Counted from the first letter of the stretch, positions 1 through 7,026 are shown. The stretch: 24,000 bases of DNA from Tepidisphaeraceae bacterium (GCA_049515255.1 JBEKUH010000036.1:13800-37799); one strand, 5' to 3'. Translations and numbers: made by a program. Notes: a model not told the origin generated them from the sequence alone.

Positions 1-1
1 G

Positions 2-592
2 CATTATGTGCATGGGATTCACGCGGTGACGATCGGCTCGCTGGTCGATCCGGAGCAGGCTCTGATCTGGCGCGGGCCCAAAGCACATGGAGCGTTCAAA
101 CAGTTGTTGCTCGACAACACGACTTGGCCGGAACTGGATTATCTGATCGTAGATTTGCCGCCGGGAACGGGCGATGTGCCGTTGACTCTGTGCCAATTAT
201 TGAAAGTCACTGGCGCGGTAGTCGTCGCAACGCCGCAGCAGGTGGCGCTGGACGATGCGATCCGCGCGGTGCGAATGTTCCAGTTGCTCGCCACGCCGGT
301 GCTCGGCGTCGTGGAAAACATGAGCTATTTCATCGGCCCCGATGGAACCACCCACGACATCTTCGGCCGCGGCGGCGCGGAAGAGGCCGCCAGGAAAATG
401 AACTTGCCGTTCCTGGGCGCGCTGCCGATGTTCACCGAATTGCGCGTCAACAGCGACGCCGGAACGCCTTCGAAGAATTTCGAAGGCTCGCCAGTCCTGG
501 CCGCCGCCCTGATGCACATCGTGCAGAATCTCGCCGGGCAGGTGAGCATGCGCAACCTGCAGTCGGCCGGTCCAGAATTGAAGATCAGTTAA
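2..592 (+). CDS. apbC: Mrp/ApbC/NBP35-family Fe-S cluster carrier ATPase, C-terminal part (the 5' end lies outside the window)
   Basis: The reading frame is open to the window edge. Family-typical motifs are present: IWRGPKA, ELDYLIVDLPPGTGD, VVVATPQQVALDDA and VVENMSYF. Confidence 0.85.
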   Translation, partial: HYVHGIHAVTIGSLVDPEQALIWRGPKAHGAFKQLLLDNTTWPELDYLIVDLPPGTGDVPLTLCQLLKVTGAVVVATPQQVALDDAIRAVRMFQLLATPVLGVVENMSYFIGPDGTTHDIFGRGGAEEAARKMNLPFLGALPMFTELRVNSDAGTPSKNFEGSPVLAAALMHIVQNLAGQVSMRNLQSAGPELKIS

Positions 593-636
593 CCCAATGG
601 GCCGTTTGGTGGGCATCGCAGGGTTTGGGAGCGAAT

Positions 637-1248
637 GTGCATTATCGTCTAGTGTCATGTGCAATGGCGTCCATAGCCATAATGGGATGCGCGCCCACAG
701 ACCCCCAACAATCGTCTGGTGGACCAGGAGCGTTTTGGATCTCTCAGGGTGATATACTCAAAATCGTAAGGCCCTTTGGATATGGCGACAAATCGATACA
801 GGGTGGTTTTTGGCAAAATCCTTCTGGCACCATGCTGGGCGTATGCGATGCTTCCGTTGGAGTACCGTACGATGTCTATGTCATATCTGAAACCGTTCCA
901 CATGTTCGCATATACAAGCGCGAGGCGGCCTACGAGTTTAATGAGGATGGAACACCGTTTGCAAAATTTTCCCCACCGGGGAGATATCAGCTGCCGAATG
1001 GAACTCTCTTTCCGGCCGTGGGTGTGTTGTCTCAAACCGCCTGCTGCGATGGCATAGTTCGCTACGTTGTTTCATACGACTCTACGACCGGCAAGACATC
1101 CGTTTTTGGGATCGCTGATTCTACCAATCCATTAATTTCCATTTCGGATTGCTATCCACTGGGCGTTCGTAGCACGCCAACAAAGCTTTATCTTTTCGGC
1201 CACGTCGTCGATGCGCGCGACAAAAAAAAATATCGCCATTATCTTTAA
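637..1248 (+). CDS. Hypothetical lipoprotein-like protein, N-terminal portion of a gene apparently split by a frameshift
   Basis: A GTG at 637 is preceded by the SD-like tgggag (626-631). The N-terminus MHYRLVSCAMASIAIMGC resembles a lipoprotein signal with a lipobox-like IMGC. The upstream part of ORF 124..1248 overlaps apbC out of frame and is ignored. The region looks more A/T-rich than its neighbours by eye. I recognised no family. Confidence 0.5.
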   Translation: MHYRLVSCAMASIAIMGCAPTDPQQSSGGPGAFWISQGDILKIVRPFGYGDKSIQGGFWQNPSGTMLGVCDASVGVPYDVYVISETVPHVRIYKREAAYEFNEDGTPFAKFSPPGRYQLPNGTLFPAVGVLSQTACCDGIVRYVVSYDSTTGKTSVFGIADSTNPLISISDCYPLGVRSTPTKLYLFGHVVDARDKKKYRHYL

Positions 1249-1480
1249 CCTCGAACACGGAGAGCTAAAGCGGTTATCGACAATAGAAATTCCGGGCGAC
1301 TTTGTCGAACTGATTCCCGGGACCGAACGGATCGTCACAGAATCCGAAATAATCCCCACATTGTGGTCATATCGCATGTTCGACCTGAAAACTCGACAAG
1401 AGTCCGAAATCGGCCCCAGTGGTGATCGCGTTCTTCTGTGCGCCGCGTTCAACTGGGTGAGTAGCCTCGCCGCTCGTTGA
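1211..1480 (+). CDS. Hypothetical protein, probably the C-terminal continuation of the 637..1248 gene after a 1-nt frame change in the A9 run
   Basis: This 89-aa ORF with protein-like sequence starts inside the end of the previous ORF. The two frames meet at the A9 tract (1222-1230). Removing one A gives a continuous ...DARDKKNIAIIFNLEHGEL... reading frame. Confidence 0.4.
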   Translation: MRATKKNIAIIFNLEHGELKRLSTIEIPGDFVELIPGTERIVTESEIIPTLWSYRMFDLKTRQESEIGPSGDRVLLCAAFNWVSSLAAR

Positions 1481-1541
1481 TCCTGTCCGGATGAAGACGT
1501 GAGTGCGCGAATATGCAAAGGAGATTCTGGGCCGACAATAG

Positions 1542-1581
1542 CCGCTTCGTGCCTTCGTGTCTTAGTGGTCCAATATTCTTT
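1542..1581 (+). repeat. Copy A of a ~40-bp tandem-octamer element (ccgcttcgtgccttcgtgtcttagtggtccaatattcttt)
   Basis: Copy A differs from copy D (3439-3479) at one base over 40 nt. It lies about 80 nt upstream of the clpP paralog-1 start. Confidence 0.9.
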
Positions 1582-1662
1582 TTTTGATTGAAACTCCTCG
1601 CCATGGCGATTGACGCTACCAATCATCGCGCATACGATCCGCTCGCTGGAAATAGGAGACGA

Positions 1663-2367
1663 ATGGAACTATTTGATCCGAATAAAAGGCCGATGCGGAT
1701 GCCGCCGGCTTCGGCAGGGACGCCCATGCAACCGGTTGCCATGCCCGTGGCGATGCCCGGTCCGCCGGGTGGGGGTTACAATCGTTACCGTGAGATGACG
1801 CTGGAGGAAATGCTCCTGGAAAACCGGGTGCTTTTCCTTGTTGGCGAGATCAATCACGTCAGCGCCAGCCGAATTATGATGCAGATGTTGTATCTCCAGA
1901 GCGTCAAACGCGATCTGGATATCAACCTCTACATCAACAGCCCCGGCGGCGTGGTGGATGACACGCTGGCGATCTACGACATCATGAAATTCCTCAGTTG
2001 CGACGTCGCCACCTACTGCATCGGCCGCGCCGAGAGCGGCGGGGCGATTGTTTTCATGGCCGGGAAAAAGGGAAAGCGCTTCATCCTGCCCAACGCCAAG
2101 GTGATGATTCACCAGCCGTTCGGCGGCGTTTACGGACAGGCGGCCGACATCCAGATTCAGGCGGACGAAATCCTCAAAACCAAGGAAACGCTGATCAACA
2201 TTATGTCCAAATGCACCGGCCAGCCGGTCGAACGGATTCGCGATGACAGTGAGCGCGACCGGTTTTTCGATGCCGAGCAGGCTGTGAAATACGGCATTTG
2301 CGACGAGGTTCTTGGCGAGGAGGCGGCCGCGACCATGGTGGTCCCGGACTCCAACAAATCGAGATAA
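1663..2367 (+). CDS. clpP: ATP-dependent Clp protease proteolytic subunit, paralog with a non-canonical Pro/Met-rich N-terminus
   Basis: The ClpP core motifs are present: LYINSPGGVV, a Ser in GRAESGGA, a His in VMIHQPFGG and an Asp in SERDRFF. The start at 1663 is chosen for the strong SD aggag (1654-1658). The ORF itself is open from 1588. Confidence 0.85.
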   Translation: MELFDPNKRPMRMPPASAGTPMQPVAMPVAMPGPPGGGYNRYREMTLEEMLLENRVLFLVGEINHVSASRIMMQMLYLQSVKRDLDINLYINSPGGVVDDTLAIYDIMKFLSCDVATYCIGRAESGGAIVFMAGKKGKRFILPNAKVMIHQPFGGVYGQAADIQIQADEILKTKETLINIMSKCTGQPVERIRDDSERDRFFDAEQAVKYGICDEVLGEEAAATMVVPDSNKSR

Positions 2368-2397
2368 ATTGCGGAGTGATTTCTTGGGGCCCAACTG

Positions 2398-2799
2398 ATG
2401 CGATATCTCGCCATCGATCATCTGGCCATGTGCTGCCACGACGTGGAACGTCAGGCGGATTGGTATTGCACGCAGTTCGGCATGAAGCGGATTGCAGTGG
2501 ATGGCAAAACACCCCCGGCGGTGCTGATCGGATTCGAGGGCAACACCGGCGGCGGGGCGATGATGGAACTCATGCCCGTGCGCGATCCCGGCGCGGATGC
2601 CGACACATTCGCCCGATTCCAGCACGGCATGCGGCACTTCGCCATCCGCGTCACCGATTTCGAAGCCGCCTACGCCCGCCTGAAGGATTTGGGCGTGAAA
2701 TTTCTATTCGAGCCCGTCCCGGCAATGGGCGGTGGGAAAACGGTTTCATTCCGCGATCCCGAAGGGAACGAAGTGCAAATTGTGGAACGAAAAAACTGA
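2398..2799 (+). CDS. VOC (glyoxalase/bleomycin-resistance/dioxygenase) superfamily protein
   Basis: The protein is 133 aa. It has an IDHLAMCCHDV start, a second-half MRHFAIRVTDFE and a C-terminal FRDPEGNEVQIVE, the usual paired beta-alpha-beta-beta-beta VOC pattern with metal-ligand-like H, H and E. Confidence 0.75.
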   Translation: MRYLAIDHLAMCCHDVERQADWYCTQFGMKRIAVDGKTPPAVLIGFEGNTGGGAMMELMPVRDPGADADTFARFQHGMRHFAIRVTDFEAAYARLKDLGVKFLFEPVPAMGGGKTVSFRDPEGNEVQIVERKN

Positions 2800-2820
2800 A
2801 CCACGAAGGGCTTAAGAGAA

Positions 2821-2857
2821 GAATATTTAACCACTAAGACACGAAGACACGAAGCGG
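2821..2857 (-). repeat. Copy B of the tandem-octamer element, inverted orientation
   Basis: The reverse complement (ccgcttcgtgtcttcgtgtcttagtggttaaatattc) matches copies A, C and D with 2-3 mismatches. It forms an inverted pair with copy C across a ~100-bp spacer. Confidence 0.9.
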
Positions 2858-2957
2858 TTTTCTAAGTTCGGGAGTGTGCGTGCGGTAGGGACAAAATAAT
2901 TGAGTTGGATTCAGAAGAAATGAAACGAAGAACTGAATGGTGCTGGAACATCGAAGC

Positions 2958-2999
2958 CCGCTTAGTGTCTTCGTGTCTTAGTGGTTCAATATGTATTTT
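2958..2999 (+). repeat. Copy C of the tandem-octamer element
   Basis: The sequence is ccgcttagtgtcttcgtgtcttagtggttcaatatg. It sits directly upstream of the GxxExxY gene and is in direct orientation with copy D, which sits directly downstream. Confidence 0.9.
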
Positions 3000-3023
3000 G
3001 CATTTTCGGAAAGGCCACGAGGA

Positions 3024-3428
3024 ATGAACGTAGCCAACCCAAACGCGAAGTTGAGTGAAGAAATGGAGCGTGTCGCGACGCAGATTGTCGATTCCGCGTT
3101 CAAGGTTCACTCGGTTTTGGGTCCTGGCCTGTTGGAAAGTGTTTATGAAATCTGCCTTGGATATGAGCTGAAAGAGCGAGGATTGCAGATTCGTCGGCAG
3201 GTCGTGGTTCCAATTAATTATGGGGGAGTCATTCTGGATGATGGACTGAGAATCGACTTGCTCGTTCAGGAATCAGTTATCATCGAGTTCAAAACCGCCG
3301 AACAACACAATGCTCTTTACGAGGCCCAACTACTGACTTACTTGAAACTTTCTGGAAAACGACTCGGCTTTCTGATCAATTTCAATGTTAAACTCATAAA
3401 GGACGGAATAAGACGAGTAATCCTATGA
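3024..3428 (+). CDS. GxxExxY-family protein (PD-(D/E)XK nuclease-like fold)
   Basis: The signature is present as GPGLLESVYEICLGYEL (G-L-L-E-S-V-Y), followed by RIDLLVQESVIIEFKT (a D...E-x-K-like pattern). The size (~135 aa) is typical. The start at 3024 is preferred because the ATG at 2991 lies inside repeat copy C. Confidence 0.85.
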   Translation: MNVANPNAKLSEEMERVATQIVDSAFKVHSVLGPGLLESVYEICLGYELKERGLQIRRQVVVPINYGGVILDDGLRIDLLVQESVIIEFKTAEQHNALYEAQLLTYLKLSGKRLGFLINFNVKLIKDGIRRVIL

Positions 3429-3438
3429 TCCACGAGAA

Positions 3439-3479
3439 CCGCTTCGTGCCTTCGTGTCTTAGTGGTTCAATATTCTTTC
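3439..3479 (+). repeat. Copy D of the tandem-octamer element
   Basis: The sequence is ccgcttcgtgccttcgtgtcttagtggttcaatattctttc. It ends 7 nt before the clpP paralog-2 ATG (3487). Confidence 0.9.
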
Positions 3480-3486
3480 TTCCGCA

Positions 3487-4137
3487 ATGGAAAACGCTAT
3501 GTCTGAAAACACTTTAATCCCGATCGTCATTGAAAAAAGCGGCCGCGGTGAGCGGGCGTATGATATTTATTCGCGCCTGCTCAAGGATCGCATCATCATC
3601 CTGGGCGGTGCGGTCACCGATGAGGTGGCCAACACGATCATTGCCCAATTGCTCTTCCTTTCCAACGACGATCCCAAGAGCGATATCAAGTTTTACATCA
3701 ACTCACCCGGCGGCAGCGTGTCGGCTGGATTGGGGATCATCGACACCATGCACTTCCTCCGCTGCGATGTGGAAACGACCTGCATCGGCATGGCGGCGAG
3801 CATGGGCGCTTGCCTGCTGGCCGCCGGGAAAAAGGGAAAGCGATATGTGCTGGCCAACAGTCAGGTGATGTTGCACCAGCCGCTCATCGGCGGCGTGCTG
3901 CAGGGACCGGCGACTGATTTGGGCATCGAAGCGGTTCACATGCTGCGGCTGCGTGATCGTCTTTACAAACTGATGGCCGGCTTCACGGGCAAGGCGGCGG
4001 AAGTGATTCACCGCGATTTCGACCGGAACAAATGGCTCTTTGCCGAGGAAGCCGTCGAATACGGCTGCGCCGACCGCGTGCTGGAACGCATCCCCGAACT
4101 GATCCGCCCGGTCACTGAAGACGACGACAAGGAATAA
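3487..4137 (+). CDS. clpP: ATP-dependent Clp protease proteolytic subunit, paralog with a canonical N-terminus but Asn at the catalytic Asp position
   Basis: The N-terminal region is canonical ([28 protein letters not shown]). The Ser is present in GMAASMGA and the His in VMLHQP. The position that aligns by eye with E. coli Asp171 reads FDRNKWLF. Confidence 0.9.
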   Translation: MENAMSENTLIPIVIEKSGRGERAYDIYSRLLKDRIIILGGAVTDEVANTIIAQLLFLSNDDPKSDIKFYINSPGGSVSAGLGIIDTMHFLRCDVETTCIGMAASMGACLLAAGKKGKRYVLANSQVMLHQPLIGGVLQGPATDLGIEAVHMLRLRDRLYKLMAGFTGKAAEVIHRDFDRNKWLFAEEAVEYGCADRVLERIPELIRPVTEDDDKE

Positions 4138-4143
4138 TCTCGT

Positions 4144-4758
4144 TTGCCTCGGTTTCCCTGGGCCATCATCGCAATATCCACGGCGATTTCGCTGGCCGGT
4201 TGCAGCAACATGCCGGACAAGGCCAATATCGAATTGCGGAAACAAATCCAGTCGATGCAGGCCAACATCGATCAGCTCAATCATCAGCACGATGCGGATG
4301 AGGCGACCATTCGCGGCCTGGAATCCAGCGCGACCTCCGTGCCGACATTGCCCCCGGATGAAATCGACCAACTCGTCACCGCATCGGGATTTCGATTTGG
4401 AAAAGTCACCGGCGGCTGGCGCGCCGATCCAAACGCGCCGGCCGATACAGAGTTGAAAGTGTTTGTCGTTCCCACCGACGAGCAGGGCGACGATCTCAAG
4501 GCCGCGGGTTCGTGGCACGTGGAATTGTTCGATCTGAATCTAAAAGACCCGCGCATCGGCCAATGGGATTTCGATCCCGCCGCCGCGCGCAATGCCTGGG
4601 TCGGGACATTTCTGGTGTACATGTATGTGCTGGATTGCCCGTGGCAAACCGCCCCGACGCACGAGAAACTTTTGGTGCGCGTGACATACACGGATTTGCT
4701 GACCCATCGGGTTTTCACCGAGGATTACGATCACGCGATGGTGAAGATCGCTCAGTGA
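4144..4758 (+). CDS. Hypothetical lipoprotein with a coiled-coil-like N-terminal segment
   Basis: The gene has a TTG start 6 nt after the clpP stop. The signal peptide ends in the lipobox LAGC (AISTAISLAGCSN). The segment IELRKQIQSMQANIDQLNHQH looks heptad-like. I recognised no family. Confidence 0.6.
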   Translation: MPRFPWAIIAISTAISLAGCSNMPDKANIELRKQIQSMQANIDQLNHQHDADEATIRGLESSATSVPTLPPDEIDQLVTASGFRFGKVTGGWRADPNAPADTELKVFVVPTDEQGDDLKAAGSWHVELFDLNLKDPRIGQWDFDPAAARNAWVGTFLVYMYVLDCPWQTAPTHEKLLVRVTYTDLLTHRVFTEDYDHAMVKIAQ

Positions 4759-4778
4759 TCGGCGAGTAAACTCGCCGG

Positions 4779-4994
4779 TTATAGAGAGTCAGAAAAATAC
4801 TGTCAGTGAAATTCTTTGGTGACGCATCTTGTCCCCTCTCCCGGTACTCTGGGAGAGGGTTAGGGTGAGGGCGATTTCGCTCGAATTATTCGAACGATTT
4901 TTCAATTCGGCCCTCACCCCTGCCCTCTCCCGGAATACCGGGAGAGGGGAAAAATTCATGGCGCGACTGACACGGTTTTTCTGACTCTCTATAA
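4779..4994. repeat. Nested inverted-repeat element filling the convergent gap between the lipoprotein gene and ftsI
   Basis: The outer arms are 4779-4807 and 4966-4994 (ttatagagagtcagaaaaa...tgtcagt, 26/29 matched). The inner arms are 4832-4872 and 4910-4950. Each inner arm contains its own 9-bp hairpin, ccctctccc...gggagaggg. Confidence 0.9.
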
Positions 4995-5000
4995 ATAGAT

Positions 5001-6929
5001 TTAATTCTGCCCGCTACTGGTGACCAGCCGCTCGGGGGCCAAGGGAGTGGAGCCGAAAGAACGATCCGTGTACATCTTGTCCGAATAATCAAAAATAACA
5101 CTCGGCATCGGCGCGGACGGCAGGGGAAGATCGGGCGAACTGGGGACATCCATGTAGCTGAGTGCCCGCTCGATGAAATCGCACGTGCCGGGCGCCGACA
5201 CGTCCGCGCCGTAATAGGCGATCGATGGATCAGGTTCGTGAATCACCATCACGACCACGAGGCGAGGATTTTCGTACGGGGCCATCGCCATGAAGCTGCT
5301 GTTGAATCGCGTGGCACTGTAGCCGTGGCCTTCGGCGATGTGGGCAGTGCCGGTTTTTGCGGAGATATTCCAGACTTTGCTGCGATGTCCCCTGGCAGTG
5401 CCGCGGATCACCACATCGCACAGGATTCTCCGCATGGTCGCAGCCGTGTCGGCGTCGATGACCGGCGACGCATCAGAAGTATCATCCGACGGACGCGAGA
5501 GCACTTCGCCATCGGGTCCGACCGTTCCCATGACAACATGCGGTCGCACCAGATGTCCGCCATTGGCGAGGGCAGAAAATGCCCGCGCCAGTTGCAGCGG
5601 CGTGACCATCACCTCATATCCCTGAGCAATCGACTCGGTGCTGTCGCGCTGCCATTTGCTCAGGGGTCGTACCAATCCCGGATTTTCGCCGGGAAGATCA
5701 ATGCCGGTGGTTCGACCAAAACCGAAACTCGTGATAGCGCGGTACAAGCGCGCGTTGCCCATGCGCTCGCTGAGTTGCGACATGACGATATTGCTGGATT
5801 TCACTAGGCCATCCCACGTGCAGAGATTTCCGTAATAATGATCATCCGTGATCGTCCGGCCGTACGGCGTTTGCCAGGTGATTCCGGGAACAGTCCACAT
5901 TTCCCACGGCGTCGTCACGTGCCACATGAGCGCCGGGGCGGCGAAGAACGGCTTGAAGGTCGATCCCGGTTCATACGGCGCGACCAGCGCGCTGTTTCGC
6001 CGCATATCCGGCAGCGAATCGCTCAGCGTTTGTGGATTAAAAGTCGGATAATTCGCCAGCGCGAGGATTTCGCCATTGCGCGGGTCCATGGCGATGAACT
6101 CGCCGCGCTTGGCTTTGTTTTGCTCGATGGTTCGCTGCAATTCCTCTTCAGCGAGCATCTGCAGATTGGCGTCGATGGTGAGAACGAGATGCGTGCCGTG
6201 TTTTGGCGGAAGATAATCGTCATCATCCACGCCGATGGGTTGGCGGCGGGCGTCTTTGGTCTGCCGCTCAAATCCCGGTTGGCCGGCGAGCATGGTGTTG
6301 AATTTCAGTTCCAATCCGTCGAGGCCCGAACCATCGCCGCCGCATCCGCCAAGCACGTGGGCCGCGAGTGATCCCATCGGATAAACCCGCGCGCTGCTGG
6401 CAACGATGCCGACTCCTTTGAGATGCAGCGCGTCGATCTGGGCGACGGCGTTGTCATCGAGGTCGTCCGCCACCTTCACGAATCGGCTGGTGGAACGATC
6501 GCCAAGAAGTTGCGCCAACTCGTACGGATCCTTCCCGATGATCGAGCCGAGATTTTGCAACGCCTGATCCATGTCCAGCAGGCTGCGGCCATTTTCCTGG
6601 AAATAATCCTGCATGAATTTCGGATCCACAAATAGGCTGCGGACCTGAATCGTGCCGGCCATGATCAAGCCGTTGCGATCGGAAATATTCCCGCGCCTGG
6701 GCGGAAGGATGAGGGTTTCATGCTCCTGCCGATCCGCCCGGTCAATACTGATTTCCCGGCCATAGGTTTGCAGATACGCCACCCGCCCGACCAGCATGGA
6801 AAGCAGGGCGAGGACGATGCAGATCATGACGGCGCAGCGGCTAGCGGAAAAATTTGGCATGTGGAACGTCCGGTAATACATCGGCAGAATTTGCCGGGGG
6901 AATCGAATTTTAGATAGCCGCACGATCAC
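5001..6929 (-). CDS. ftsI: Class B penicillin-binding protein (FtsI/PBP3-like peptidoglycan D,D-transpeptidase)
   Basis: The protein has an N-terminal TM helix (VMICIVLALLSMLVG) and the motifs SxxK (GSTFKPF), SxN (KSSNIV) and KTG (AKTGTAH). It sits downstream of the ftsL-like gene and rsmH. The start is uncertain: GTG 6929, ATG 6881 or ATG 6860. Confidence 0.85.
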   Translation of the reverse strand: MIVRLSKIRFPRQILPMYYRTFHMPNFSASRCAVMICIVLALLSMLVGRVAYLQTYGREISIDRADRQEHETLILPPRRGNISDRNGLIMAGTIQVRSLFVDPKFMQDYFQENGRSLLDMDQALQNLGSIIGKDPYELAQLLGDRSTSRFVKVADDLDDNAVAQIDALHLKGVGIVASSARVYPMGSLAAHVLGGCGGDGSGLDGLELKFNTMLAGQPGFERQTKDARRQPIGVDDDDYLPPKHGTHLVLTIDANLQMLAEEELQRTIEQNKAKRGEFIAMDPRNGEILALANYPTFNPQTLSDSLPDMRRNSALVAPYEPGSTFKPFFAAPALMWHVTTPWEMWTVPGITWQTPYGRTITDDHYYGNLCTWDGLVKSSNIVMSQLSERMGNARLYRAITSFGFGRTTGIDLPGENPGLVRPLSKWQRDSTESIAQGYEVMVTPLQLARAFSALANGGHLVRPHVVMGTVGPDGEVLSRPSDDTSDASPVIDADTAATMRRILCDVVIRGTARGHRSKVWNISAKTGTAHIAEGHGYSATRFNSSFMAMAPYENPRLVVVMVIHEPDPSIAYYGADVSAPGTCDFIERALSYMDVPSSPDLPLPSAPMPSVIFDYSDKMYTDRSFGSTPLAPERLVTSSGQN

Positions 6930-6957
6930 GACATTGAGCCGGCCCGCCCTCGGGAAT

Positions 6958-7002
6958 AAAAAGGGGACATCACTGATTATTAATCAGTGATGTCCCCTTT
7001 TT
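6958..7002. terminator. Perfect 45-nt palindrome (22+1+22) with an A5/T5 flank, shaped like a bidirectional intrinsic terminator
   Basis: The sequence aaaaaggggacatcactgatta-t-taatcagtgatgtccccttttt is perfectly self-complementary. It starts 25 nt downstream of the ftsL-like stop and ends 28 nt upstream of the longest ftsI ORF start. Confidence 0.6.
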
Positions 7003-7026
7003 CTCTCCGGGCAACCGAGAGTTGCG

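Noticed and set aside
124-636. The upstream two-thirds of ORF 124..1248, overlapping apbC out of frame
   Set aside because: This stretch is Arg/Gly-rich nonsense-like sequence lying inside the well-supported apbC frame. The plausible gene begins at GTG 637, which has an SD and a lipoprotein-like signal.
2821-2999. The B/C inverted pair considered as an integron attC site, with the GxxExxY gene as an integron cassette
   Set aside because: There is no intI integrase and no attI. I could not recognise a GTTRRRY core site or the R''/L''-L'/R' organisation, and the arms are tandem octamers. The cassette analogy is kept only as a loose hypothesis.
2862-3110. An 82-aa minus-strand ORF in the spacer between repeat copies B and C
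   Set aside because: It reads through repeat copy C (giving ...PLRHEDTKR...) and overlaps the GxxExxY start on the other strand. There is no SD and no motif. ORF 1132-1626 (minus), which reads through copy A, is rejected for the same reason.
3439-3486. A sigma70-type -35/-10 promoter inside repeat copies A and D upstream of the clpP genes
   Set aside because: I could not find a convincing TTGACA-N17-TATAAT-like pair. Promoter consensus for this lineage is uncertain, so no promoter feature is called.
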